From the IMG/VR virus record IMGVR_UViG_3300006922_000005: a stretch of DNA of 64,000 nucleotides; one strand, given 5' to 3'. Position 1 is the first letter of the stretch. Every line of letters starts with the position of its first letter. The notes beneath the pieces are model-generated. The model searched no databases, was not told the DNA's origin, and saw only the letters and a list, made by a program, of their open reading frames with translations. Below, piece after piece: positions 9,507 to 17,086 of the stretch. The stretch is from a virus (lineage: Duplodnaviria; Caudoviricetes). Both the position numbers and the translations under genes were made by a program.

Positions 9507-10765
9507 TAATATACTCCTATCAGTATTGTTTCTGGGTTTATTCTACCATTCATCATAGTAGGGGTTGTTGTAAGTTTCTCAATCCAGTTTTCAAACTTTT
9601 TACGTGTATTGAGATTCTTGACTTCTTGTAATTGCTCCATAGGTTTTCGTAGAGTCCACCATACGCTTTCTTTTTCTTTATAGCGTTGTAGTGTTTGACC
9701 TTTAAGAGCCAATCCACTTCCTTCTCTACCAGTTCCTGTTGGATCTTCCATGTTAGTATAGTATATTCCAAGTTTTCTATTCTTGCTATTAAACACAACA
9801 AGACATGTTGCTCCAATTAGTTTGTGTGGAAGAATACTTGAAATTGCGTATTTCTCATCGGAAATTTTATATTTTAGTTTTTCAGTAAGTTTTTCAGGTG
9901 ACTTTCTGCTTATTTTTCTAGGCTTTCTATTTGCTTTACTTTCTGCAATAATAGCATCACATGCACTAATAATAGAAACCATAAAGTCGTATAGTTTTTT
10001 AATATCTTTTTTGTCGTAGTGTGCATATGCTTCTTTTAGTTGTTTAGCATAATCTTTTTCTTGTTCTGAAAACTTAGAAGTATCAGGTGGATTTAATAAT
10101 TCATTGTATTCGCTAATTGCTAATTCGTAAAATGCAGTTATATTTCTAGCATGTGGTTGTTTACATTGTAGTTGACGCAACTTTTGTAGGGGTTTAATCG
10201 CCTTAAAATCTTTAATCTTTTTATCTGTAAAATCATCTAATGCTTGTTCAAAGTCTCCTACCATTATAGCAACTTGATCTCTTATACGTTCTTGTATAGT
10301 AGGTTTGTGTACTTTATCTTCTTTCTTTTGTTCTTCTTCTTTTTCTTCTACAATGTCTTGTGCAATATTAAGTATTTCACTTAACCATTTATTAATGTAT
10401 TCTGAATGAGGCTTTGGAGTTCCCATTGTACCTGGAAGACTTTCCCAGTATTCATTATACTTTTGATGTACATTTGGCATACCTTGTTTTGTTAGATTAC
10501 AAAGGCAACCTAATGTACTATTAAATCTATTCTCAGGTGCTTTAGTAAGAATGTTATATTGGTCTTTCCATTCGTCACTAGTCTTTACCCAATCTAATGT
10601 ATATCTTTTAAAATCGCTATTCTTCTTTTCTAAACGATAATATTGAAATGCATGATCCTTGCATCTGCTAAAGTAGGCACCATCCCACTCTGCACTGTCC
10701 TTAAAATCAGGTACGGATGCACTCTTCGGTCTTTTAACAAGTTGTTTTCTTTTTGCCATCAGCAT
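9506..10765 (-). CDS. Conserved hypothetical phage protein
   Basis: 419-aa ORF with a C-terminal FNSKNRKLG...TLRKP region; preceded by TTGCTT-N17-TATAAT. Confidence 0.6.
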   Translation of the reverse strand: MLMAKRKQLVKRPKSASVPDFKDSAEWDGAYFSRCKDHAFQYYRLEKKNSDFKRYTLDWVKTSDEWKDQYNILTKAPENRFNSTLGCLCNLTKQGMPNVHQKYNEYWESLPGTMGTPKPHSEYINKWLSEILNIAQDIVEEKEEEQKKEDKVHKPTIQERIRDQVAIMVGDFEQALDDFTDKKIKDFKAIKPLQKLRQLQCKQPHARNITAFYELAISEYNELLNPPDTSKFSEQEKDYAKQLKEAYAHYDKKDIKKLYDFMVSIISACDAIIAESKANRKPRKISRKSPEKLTEKLKYKISDEKYAISSILPHKLIGATCLVVFNSKNRKLGIYYTNMEDPTGTGREGSGLALKGQTLQRYKEKESVWWTLRKPMEQLQEVKNLNTRKKFENWIEKLTTTPTMMNGRINPETILIGVY

Positions 10766-10862
10766 AAAACTCCAAATAAAGTATTGTTTAAATTATATAT
10801 AGTCTTTTTAAAAAAAGCAAGAGGTTTTATGAGTGAAATTGCTCAATTGTAAGGATTTGTTA

Positions 10863-11102
10863 CTATTTGTCGAAGTAAAACTTAGAACCCCATGAAGATT
10901 TAATCTTGTTGAGGATTGATGCATTACAACCAATAACCTTCTGTGTTGAATTACTATCAATAACAGTATTGTATTTGATCCAAGTCCAGAACTGAACAAA
11001 GTCTGCGTCAGTTGTTTCAGGCTTTGCTACTACTTTATATCTGTTGATTACAGGTATTTCAATAGTAAGTTTGCCTTTGTTGGTTTGTAATTGTGCTTTC
11101 AT
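10863..11102 (-). CDS. Hypothetical protein
   Basis: ORF abuts its neighbours with typical codon usage. Confidence 0.5.
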   Translation of the reverse strand: MKAQLQTNKGKLTIEIPVINRYKVVAKPETTDADFVQFWTWIKYNTVIDSNSTQKVIGCNASILNKIKSSWGSKFYFDK

Positions 11103-11498
11103 TTATGTTGCTTTGCCTTCGCTAGACACAGGACCAAAGTTTGCACCTGGCATCACAATACATGCAAAATCTGGAGCAGGCATTATAACAATCGAAACTG
11201 AAAAGGTTTTTGGGTTTGCCCAAATAACCATTGGTCCTCTAAGAAACTGCCCATTTGGTAAACCCCATGTAACTAATGCTTGTGCTGTCGGTATTTCACC
11301 GTGTTTTCTCAGTAGTGCTTCAACAATCTCAGCAGGTCCGCAATCAACCAAAATAGGTAACTTCATTACCTGTGCATTAGGTTGTTGTTGAGGAGTTGGT
11401 GTTTCCTGTGTTTCCTGAGCAGTTAATTGGGTGAACATTGCACCGGAAAGCAATATTGCTCCGATGGTTAATCCTAAAGTTTTTAATAAGTGTTTCAT
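11103..11498 (-). CDS. Exported hypothetical protein
   Basis: Signal peptide; two Cys; TAAATA late promoter 5 nt upstream. Confidence 0.6.
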   Translation of the reverse strand: MKHLLKTLGLTIGAILLSGAMFTQLTAQETQETPTPQQQPNAQVMKLPILVDCGPAEIVEALLRKHGEIPTAQALVTWGLPNGQFLRGPMVIWANPKTFSVSIVIMPAPDFACIVMPGANFGPVSSEGKAT

Positions 11499-11510
11499 AA
11501 TGTTATTTAG

Positions 11511-11600
11511 TGGCGGAAGGACTGGGATTCGAACCCAGGGAAGAGTTACCCCTTCGTCGGTTTAGTAAACCGGTGCTTTAAGCCGCTCAGCCATCCTTCC
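11511..11600 (-). tRNA. tRNA-Ser(ACT), rare A34 anticodon
   Basis: GGAAGGA/TCCTTCC acceptor stem, G73, encoded CCA, long variable arm, anticodon arm CCGGT-TTACTAA-ACCGA. Confidence 0.9.
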
Positions 11601-11606
11601 ACAAGT

Positions 11607-11699
11607 CTAACTTATGGTGATCATCCACGGCTCTCCGTAGATTAAAACATGTATACTATTAACAACGAGTGCAACTCCTAACATTTCTAAGTATCCCAT
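11607..11699 (-). CDS. 30-aa hydrophobic peptide not in the ORF track
   Basis: MGYLEMLGVALVVNSIHVLIYGEPWMITIS; TAATG coupling to the upstream ORF. Confidence 0.45.
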   Translation of the reverse strand: MGYLEMLGVALVVNSIHVLIYGEPWMITIS

Positions 11700-11935
11700 T
11701 ACCTTTTTTCTTTCCTTATATTAACTTCTTGCTTGTGTACTACAAACTTTTCTATTTGAGACGGTTGTTTCACTAACCATCCGCCTTCATTAACAACAAA
11801 GACATCCCCAGGTTTGTATAACCAGTGGTCTTTAGGCTTACCTTCTTTACTAAACCCCATTACTTCTCCGGGCCAGTCTCCTGCAATTCTAAAGTTTTTA
11901 CCAAATTGTTCTACAGTGTAATCAAGCCACATCAT
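11699..11935 (-). CDS. Hypothetical protein
   Basis: ORF with overlapping start/stop coupling. Confidence 0.55.
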   Translation of the reverse strand: MMWLDYTVEQFGKNFRIAGDWPGEVMGFSKEGKPKDHWLYKPGDVFVVNEGGWLVKQPSQIEKFVVHKQEVNIRKEKR

Positions 11936-12120
11936 AGATCAATCTCGTTTATTTGTATACAAATTGCTTGGGTTGACAGATTAAAGTTTCCATTTCCTTT
12001 ACCTACTTGTTCACTTAACATATCCCTCATACGAAAACATTCGTCCATAGTTCCTGGTAAGTCAACAACTGTACTAAAGGCCAATCCTGCTTCTATCCAT
12101 ATATAAACTAGATACCACAT
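11932..12120 (-). CDS. Hypothetical protein
   Basis: ORF with overlapping start/stop coupling. Confidence 0.55.
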   Translation of the reverse strand: MWYLVYIWIEAGLAFSTVVDLPGTMDECFRMRDMLSEQVGKGNGNFNLSTQAICIQINEIDL

Positions 12121-12281
12121 TAAACAGTTTCCTTGCTTGAGTGTATCAAACCGTAAACTTCGATTAAGTTACTGATTTGTGTAGCAAGGTGTGGCCATTT
12201 TTCTGTAAGTGTTTCTGCAAAACTATTACGTTCTTCAATTGACATTCTTGCGAATTGTTCAACTAGTGTATTAGTATCCAT
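12120..12281 (-). CDS. 53-aa hypothetical protein not in the ORF track
   Basis: MDTNTLVEQFARMSIEERNSFAETLTEKWPHLATQ...; AAGGAG SD and sigma70 promoter upstream. Confidence 0.65.
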   Translation of the reverse strand: MDTNTLVEQFARMSIEERNSFAETLTEKWPHLATQISNLIEVYGLIHSSKETV

Positions 12282-12307
12282 TTGTTTACTCCTTATTGTG
12301 TAAGTTT

Positions 12308-12336
12308 AATATACTACAAAAAGTAATGTTTGTCAA
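12308..12336 (-). promoter_or_regulatory. sigma70-type early promoter
   Basis: TTGACA-N17-TATATT. Confidence 0.75.
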
Positions 12337-12340
12337 CCTA

Positions 12341-12622
12341 TTATAGATATTCAACTTGTCCTGTAACTGTGTACATCTTTTTAAGAATTGATTCCACATC
12401 ACTTTCAGTCAAAAAACCCTTCACAGTATCACCTTCTTCAGTGATGCCTGGCATTTCTACTTGTCCGTCACCTTTGAAGACAGCAATCTCATATAAGCCT
12501 TGGCGTCCGCCATAACTTACTTCATTCTGTATAATTGACAGATCATATCCACCAAAGCGTACTTTGGCTTGTATGCCTTTAGGAATTAATGTTTCATTAA
12601 ATGTTATATCATTAAAAGTCAT
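12341..12622 (-). CDS. Hypothetical phage protein
   Basis: YGGRQGLYEIAV motif; intact ORF. Confidence 0.6.
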   Translation of the reverse strand: MTFNDITFNETLIPKGIQAKVRFGGYDLSIIQNEVSYGGRQGLYEIAVFKGDGQVEMPGITEEGDTVKGFLTESDVESILKKMYTVTGQVEYL

Positions 12623-13037
12623 TATCCTCTTCTCCTTCGTCTAGATCTTCTCTTAATTGTTTTAGTTGTTCGGTAGTCATATTATTAACTTCACCGATAC
12701 TTTTTTGTAATTTTACTGCATCTGGATGATCTGCATACACACCACCTTTTTCAAAATCACGTTCGTCTAGGATAGGACCTTTAGAGTCACTATCACGCAT
12801 CATCTGAGTAAATTCTTCAAGTAAGCGATCTTTAATAAAAGTTTCTAAATTCATACTATTCTTTTTATGACGATCACTTTCTATTTCTATATCTAAATCA
12901 CTGACAATAGGTGTATGTGCATCGCACCACATCATTGGTAATCCGTCTTCACCATAATAAACTTCTACAATTTCATACCAAAACAAATCCGGAGAATCTT
13001 TTTGGTAACGGCGCATTATTCTAAAGTTCCAAGTCAT
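12612..13037 (-). CDS. Hypothetical phage protein
   Basis: WNFRIM...EIVEVYY N-terminus; acidic tail. Confidence 0.6.
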   Translation of the reverse strand: MTWNFRIMRRYQKDSPDLFWYEIVEVYYGEDGLPMMWCDAHTPIVSDLDIEIESDRHKKNSMNLETFIKDRLLEEFTQMMRDSDSKGPILDERDFEKGGVYADHPDAVKLQKSIGEVNNMTTEQLKQLREDLDEGEEDNDF

Positions 13038-13186
13038 TTTGTTATCTCTCTAATTTTTAATTTATAATCGTACATCGAGTTGTGTCCATTAAATTTAATA
13101 AGACAGTCTGTTATGGTATAGTTTTTCCATCGTACTGTTTGTCCTGATGGGTATGTAACTTCGTATGTTCTTACTACGGTATCCAT
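13034..13186 (-). CDS. Small hypothetical protein
   Basis: MDTVVRTYEVTYPSG...; the longer track start overlaps the tRNA. Confidence 0.45.
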   Translation of the reverse strand: MDTVVRTYEVTYPSGQTVRWKNYTITDCLIKFNGHNSMYDYKLKIREITK

Positions 13187-13210
13187 TAAGTTTGTCCTAT
13201 ATAGTTGCGT

Positions 13211-13297
13211 TGGTACGGACGGCGAGACTCGAACTCGCACGAACATGTGTTCTCAAGATTTTAAGTCTTGTGTGTCTACCTATTCCACCACGTCCGC
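13211..13297 (-). tRNA. tRNA-Leu(TAA)
   Basis: CAAGA-CTTAAAA-TCTTG anticodon arm, long variable arm, CCA end. Confidence 0.95.
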
Positions 13298-13359
13298 GGC
13301 TAACGCCTTTAATTAATTTGATTGTATTGCTCCCTAGGGAAATGTGTTACTGTTTATAT

Positions 13360-13388
13360 ACTATACTATCGAATGATATAGATGTCAA
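13360..13388 (-). promoter_or_regulatory. sigma70-type promoter for tRNA-Leu
   Basis: TTGACA-N17-TATAGT. Confidence 0.7.
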
Positions 13389-14068
13389 CTATTTTGTATA
13401 TAAAAATATGTTTTTTTGAGCAATTTTTTTATGACAGGATGTCTTGTGTTAAAGTTCCATGCAGTTAGATATCCTACTAGGTTAGGTGAAAGTAAGTTTC
13501 CTAGTTTGTCACGAAGTTCAGTTGTATTGTTTGCTTTTCGTAACATATCTAATGCTTGTTCTTTATCTGCGTGTCTTAGCAGTTCGCTTGAGATATTCTT
13601 TGCAAAGGCTTCTATCTCATCTTGATTACCTAAATACTTTTGTTCTCTATCAGTTGCACGAAAACCTTTTTGTGTCGCAAAGTCTCTTTTACGATATTGT
13701 TTACTGTGAATCATTTCATGTTCAAGTGCATCAATAACTCTAAACTTAACTTCTTCTATAGTATCTGCTGAAAACTTTATACCATCTTTGTTTTTTGGAT
13801 TAAACAACAAATCAATTCTATAAGGATCTAATTCATCTTCATCGTCCCATGGATCATATGTTGCATTAAGATTCATGTCATTAACATCAACGTTGTTAGT
13901 GTAGTCTACTGATACTTTTTCAACTCCTAAACTTGCTATTAGGCTTTTTAACTTTCTAGCAATATACTTAGGTTGAAGATTATCTCTAGTAAGATACGTT
14001 AGAAAAGGTTCTAGTATCTTTGCTAGTTCTGATCTATCTTGAGGTTGTTGTACTTCATATAAACGCAT
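13385..14068 (-). CDS. Putative zinc metallopeptidase-like virion protein
   Basis: LEHEMIHSKQ (HExxH) followed by YLGNQDEIEAFA; MRLYEV N-terminus; late promoter. Confidence 0.6.
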   Translation of the reverse strand: MRLYEVQQPQDRSELAKILEPFLTYLTRDNLQPKYIARKLKSLIASLGVEKVSVDYTNNVDVNDMNLNATYDPWDDEDELDPYRIDLLFNPKNKDGIKFSADTIEEVKFRVIDALEHEMIHSKQYRKRDFATQKGFRATDREQKYLGNQDEIEAFAKNISSELLRHADKEQALDMLRKANNTTELRDKLGNLLSPNLVGYLTAWNFNTRHPVIKKLLKKTYFYIQNS

Positions 14069-14076
14069 AATGCTAT

Positions 14077-14565
14077 TTAATCTAATTTGTATTCAAAATT
14101 TTGAGATACATCATTTATATGTACTTGTTTTGCACCATTCTTAATATGAAAATGTGTTGCCATAGTTGTTAATGGTGATAGTGTTACTAGTCTACTAAAC
14201 TTATGTGCCTTTGCCCATTCGCCTAGTTTTTTAATAATTTCTTTACCTGCACCTTTTTTTCTAGACCATACAGTGTATGCAACAACAATTTCTCCTCGTT
14301 GCCCGTCTTGGTTAGCAACCTGTGACATGTAATCCATTTCTCTAACTGTATGCGGTACTTCGGGACATAATGCAGTACAAACGATTGCTTCTATTTCTTC
14401 ATTATACTTTAGACCAAATATTTTTCGGCCGTGCATTATTCTAAAACCTAGTGTAAGTTCCGGTCTAACAGGATCCTCACTTACATCAATGTCGTCTAGT
14501 TCAACTAGTTCAGAACCTTTTACCCACTTAAAAAAGTCTTCGACACTGTCTTTAATTTTTAACAT
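14077..14565 (-). CDS. GNAT-like fold protein
   Basis: YTVWSRKKGAGKEII acetyl-CoA-loop-like motif, VTLSP. Confidence 0.5.
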   Translation of the reverse strand: MLKIKDSVEDFFKWVKGSELVELDDIDVSEDPVRPELTLGFRIMHGRKIFGLKYNEEIEAIVCTALCPEVPHTVREMDYMSQVANQDGQRGEIVVAYTVWSRKKGAGKEIIKKLGEWAKAHKFSRLVTLSPLTTMATHFHIKNGAKQVHINDVSQNFEYKLD

Positions 14566-14758
14566 TAATAGTATCTTCCTTCTTTGTTATTGACCATGCA
14601 CCATGATCAAGTTCTTCCCATAATAGAGTGTCACCATCATCCCAACCCATTTGATTAAGACTTTCAGGTGGCAGATCTAAAAAGAGTTCTTTTGTTTTTC
14701 CGTTTTCTCTTACTTGAACGATCCAACTGTTTGGACCTGTTTTCTTAGGATAGGACAT
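14552..14758 (-). CDS. AbrB/SpoVT-like DNA-binding protein
   Basis: LDLPPESLNQMGWDDGDTLLW pattern. Confidence 0.55.
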   Translation of the reverse strand: MSYPKKTGPNSWIVQVRENGKTKELFLDLPPESLNQMGWDDGDTLLWEELDHGAWSITKKEDTINVKN

Positions 14759-14768
14759 CCTGATCTCC

Positions 14769-15335
14769 CTATAATATTTCGTCTGCTATTCCCATGTCAA
14801 CCATTTGTTTAGCAGTGTAGTATTGGTCCGAAGGATTTTTAATAAACTTTGTACGAACCTCTTGCATTGACATGCCTGTTGCTTCTTTCAATATATTTAA
14901 GCATCTAATTTCACAGTTTTGATTTTCTTTCATCTGTGCTCTCATGTCATGCATTTTGGAATTCATTTCATCACTGTGTTGATGATTCATGCTACCTGCA
15001 TTTTTACCAATATATCGTTCACCTTCTTTACCACTTGCAAAAATTAAAAAACCTGCACTCATAACAGCACCAATACCAACAGTAGATATATTATGGTAAC
15101 TGTATTTCATTACATCAATAAGTGCAAAGGCTTCGTATAAATCTCCACCATATGTATTAATGTATAGTTCTAAAGTGCGTTTGGGTTTTTTCTGTAAGTT
15201 TGCCGATAATATCCATTTAATACAATCGCCAACATTATCTGTAGTAATTTCTCCGTGTAGATAATATACGTCATTATCCAGAAGACTTTTGTCAATTGTT
15301 TCACTAAATGTTAAATTATCATATTTAGAAGGCAT
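14769..15335 (-). CDS. Second, divergent ClpP-family protease
   Basis: LYINTYGGD, AVMSAG (Ser), MNHQH (His), DQYYTAKQMVDMGIADEI. Confidence 0.85.
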   Translation of the reverse strand: MPSKYDNLTFSETIDKSLLDNDVYYLHGEITTDNVGDCIKWILSANLQKKPKRTLELYINTYGGDLYEAFALIDVMKYSYHNISTVGIGAVMSAGFLIFASGKEGERYIGKNAGSMNHQHSDEMNSKMHDMRAQMKENQNCEIRCLNILKEATGMSMQEVRTKFIKNPSDQYYTAKQMVDMGIADEIL

Positions 15336-15341
15336 AATAGT

Positions 15342-15370
15342 AATATACGTATATTTAGTTTAAAAGTCAA
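15342..15370 (-). promoter_or_regulatory. sigma70-type promoter giving a leaderless clpP-like transcript
   Basis: TTGACT-N17-TATATT, 6 nt before the ATG. Confidence 0.65.
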
Positions 15371-15377
15371 CATCTTT

Positions 15378-15503
15378 ATTGTCCAAGTACGGCCCCCATC
15401 CCGCCTACTCAGTGATCTGGCTCATTATGAACACGGAGTACCTACCAAACTACGCTCACGGATCCCCAGATCTTTCCTTATGTGTAGCATCATATTGTGC
15501 TAC
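15378..15503 (-). ncRNA. Unassigned GC-rich structured RNA downstream of tRNA-Arg
   Basis: Several perfect inverted repeats (GATCTGG/CCAGATC, TACTC/GAGTA, GTAGCA/TGCTAC) in a non-coding, GC-rich gap. Confidence 0.4.
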
Positions 15504-15508
15504 GGTAT

Positions 15509-15585
15509 TGGCCTGCCCGGCAGGATTCGAACCTGCAACCTACTGCTTAGAAGGCAGTTGATCTATCCAGTTGATCTACGGGCAG
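15509..15585 (-). tRNA. tRNA-Arg(TCT)
   Basis: ACTGC-CTTCTAA-GCAGT anticodon arm, CCA end. Confidence 0.95.
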
Positions 15586-15590
15586 TAACT

Positions 15591-15851
15591 TCAATTATAC
15601 TCCCTATAGTTCTTGATAGACCATTTTTCAACAACAGGTAAACCATTCTCATCTTCGTCTACTGCGACATAGGCCACAGTCTTTTTAACTGTACCATAAC
15701 GGTATCCTTGACCAACTACATCGCCTACCCAGATCTTGTGTGGGTAGTCGCACCATGTATCGCGATCATTCAGTGAAAATTCAAAATGGTTGCCCACTTC
15801 TTTTTCAACAAATGCTCCAATTGGGTCTTTAGTGTGAGTCCAGTAAGCCAT
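15591..15851 (-). CDS. Hypothetical phage protein
   Basis: AGGAGG SD; TTGACT-N17-TATTAT promoter upstream. Confidence 0.65.
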   Translation of the reverse strand: MAYWTHTKDPIGAFVEKEVGNHFEFSLNDRDTWCDYPHKIWVGDVVGQGYRYGTVKKTVAYVAVDEDENGLPVVEKWSIKNYREYN

Positions 15852-15990
15852 ATAGGCCTCCTATTGCTGTTTTCTAACTATGTACTTATAATAACACCAC
15901 CCTATATAGAAGTCAACCACTAATTGCAATTATGTGCTAATATTTTTCCAATCCGGCGATAAATATCTATATCGAAGCGAGGATGTGTAC

Positions 15991-16269
15991 ATGGATTTTT
16001 TAGCGTTTGTTGGCGAAGTTGGTTTCCCTATTGCAGGAGCAATAGCCGCGGGATCATTTGTCTTCTTAACGTTAAAATTTATCCTAGCATCAGTAACAGG
16101 GTCAGTACAAGGTCTTAAAGGTATTATTGGTGCATTAGATAATCGTGTTCAAACTATGAACAACGACCTTGTTAAAATAGATGCATTATTAAGTTATGTA
16201 TTAAGTATTAGACCAAACGTTGATCGTATTGCGGCCAACGAAGGAAAAGAGGACGCTCGGCGTGATTAA
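15991..16269 (+). CDS. Small membrane/coiled-coil protein (YvrJ-like, GFPI motif)
   Basis: VGEVGFPIAGA, TM segment, then coiled coil; start moved to MDFLAF. Confidence 0.65.
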   Translation: MDFLAFVGEVGFPIAGAIAAGSFVFLTLKFILASVTGSVQGLKGIIGALDNRVQTMNNDLVKIDALLSYVLSIRPNVDRIAANEGKEDARRD

Positions 16270-16275
16270 AACAAG

Positions 16276-16605
16276 ATGACAACAGAATTAGCAAATGCAA
16301 TTAAAGACTTTGGGTTTCCGATTGTTGCCGCTATGGGATTAGGTTATTTTGTTTATTATGTATGGAAGTGGGTAACCACTGAAATTAAACCTGTGCTAGG
16401 TGAAGCACAATCTACACTTATAAAATTAGTTGATCGTATTAGAATGTTAGATAATGATATGATTAGACTGAACACAAAACTATCAATGGTGTTAGAATAC
16501 AAAGACGAGATAGAACAAGCCTCCGGGCAAAAACTAGACATAGACGATATTCTAACTAGGAACAAAAGTTTTTCTGAGGGGTTTGATAGTACGGGGAAAA
16601 AATAA
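16276..16605 (+). CDS. Paralogous membrane/coiled-coil protein (GFPI motif)
   Basis: IKDFGFPIVAA; aligns by eye with the upstream ORF (LDNRVQTMNNDL vs DRIRMLDNDM). Confidence 0.7.
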   Translation: MTTELANAIKDFGFPIVAAMGLGYFVYYVWKWVTTEIKPVLGEAQSTLIKLVDRIRMLDNDMIRLNTKLSMVLEYKDEIEQASGQKLDIDDILTRNKSFSEGFDSTGKK

Positions 16606-16710
16606 ATGTCAGAAGAACAAAAAAACTATTTTGCTTTGACTAAGTACATACTGATAGGATTAATATTCAGTATTGCAGTTGGAGTTGTAGTTTGTTATAT
16701 GTGTTACTAA
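16606..16710 (+). CDS. 34-aa membrane peptide not in the ORF track
   Basis: MSEEQKNYFALTKYILIGLIFSIAVGVVVCYMCY. Confidence 0.4.
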   Translation: MSEEQKNYFALTKYILIGLIFSIAVGVVVCYMCY

Positions 16711-17063
16711 CATTTTTATTTTTACTTTTTGCTAAACATGCAATTTGTGATTTAGCAATTCAACGACTACTTCATTCAAATAAAGAAAAGTATCTTAATC
16801 AACAAGCACATATTCACTACTTACATCACGGACTAGGTAGTTTGTTTGCAGGACTTGTTATTGATATTAAGTTCGCTTTTGTAATTTTTGTTTTAGACTA
16901 TCTAATTCACTGGCACGTTGATTATTGTAAGACTCTTGTTCGTAAGTATTATGATCTGAAGGAAAAAGATTTGCAGTTTTGGGTATTGCAGTCTGCGGAT
17001 CAGGTTCTACACTATTTGACGTATATCCTATTTGCTGTTTTAGTTCTGCAATTCTACGCTTAA
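16692..17063 (+). CDS. DUF3307-like membrane protein
   Basis: KHAICD, IHWHVD and DQVLH His/Asp motifs. Confidence 0.7.
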   Translation: MLYVLLTFLFLLFAKHAICDLAIQRLLHSNKEKYLNQQAHIHYLHHGLGSLFAGLVIDIKFAFVIFVLDYLIHWHVDYCKTLVRKYYDLKEKDLQFWVLQSADQVLHYLTYILFAVLVLQFYA

Positions 17064-17086
17064 TTTGCATTACACGATATTCTATA

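Noticed and set aside
13298-13359. Attenuator-type leader upstream of tRNA-Leu (also checked upstream of Ser, Glu and both Arg tRNAs)
   Set aside because: No start codon with cognate codons and no terminator between promoter and tRNA; only the Trp/Cys pair shows that layout
15378-15503. Theta/HDV-like or hammerhead ribozyme, or an extra tRNA, next to tRNA-Arg
   Set aside because: No GG after the P1-like helix, no fitting L3 or J4/2, the CUGAGUA core violates the C3-G8 pair, and there is no T-loop or CCA; kept only as an unassigned RNA
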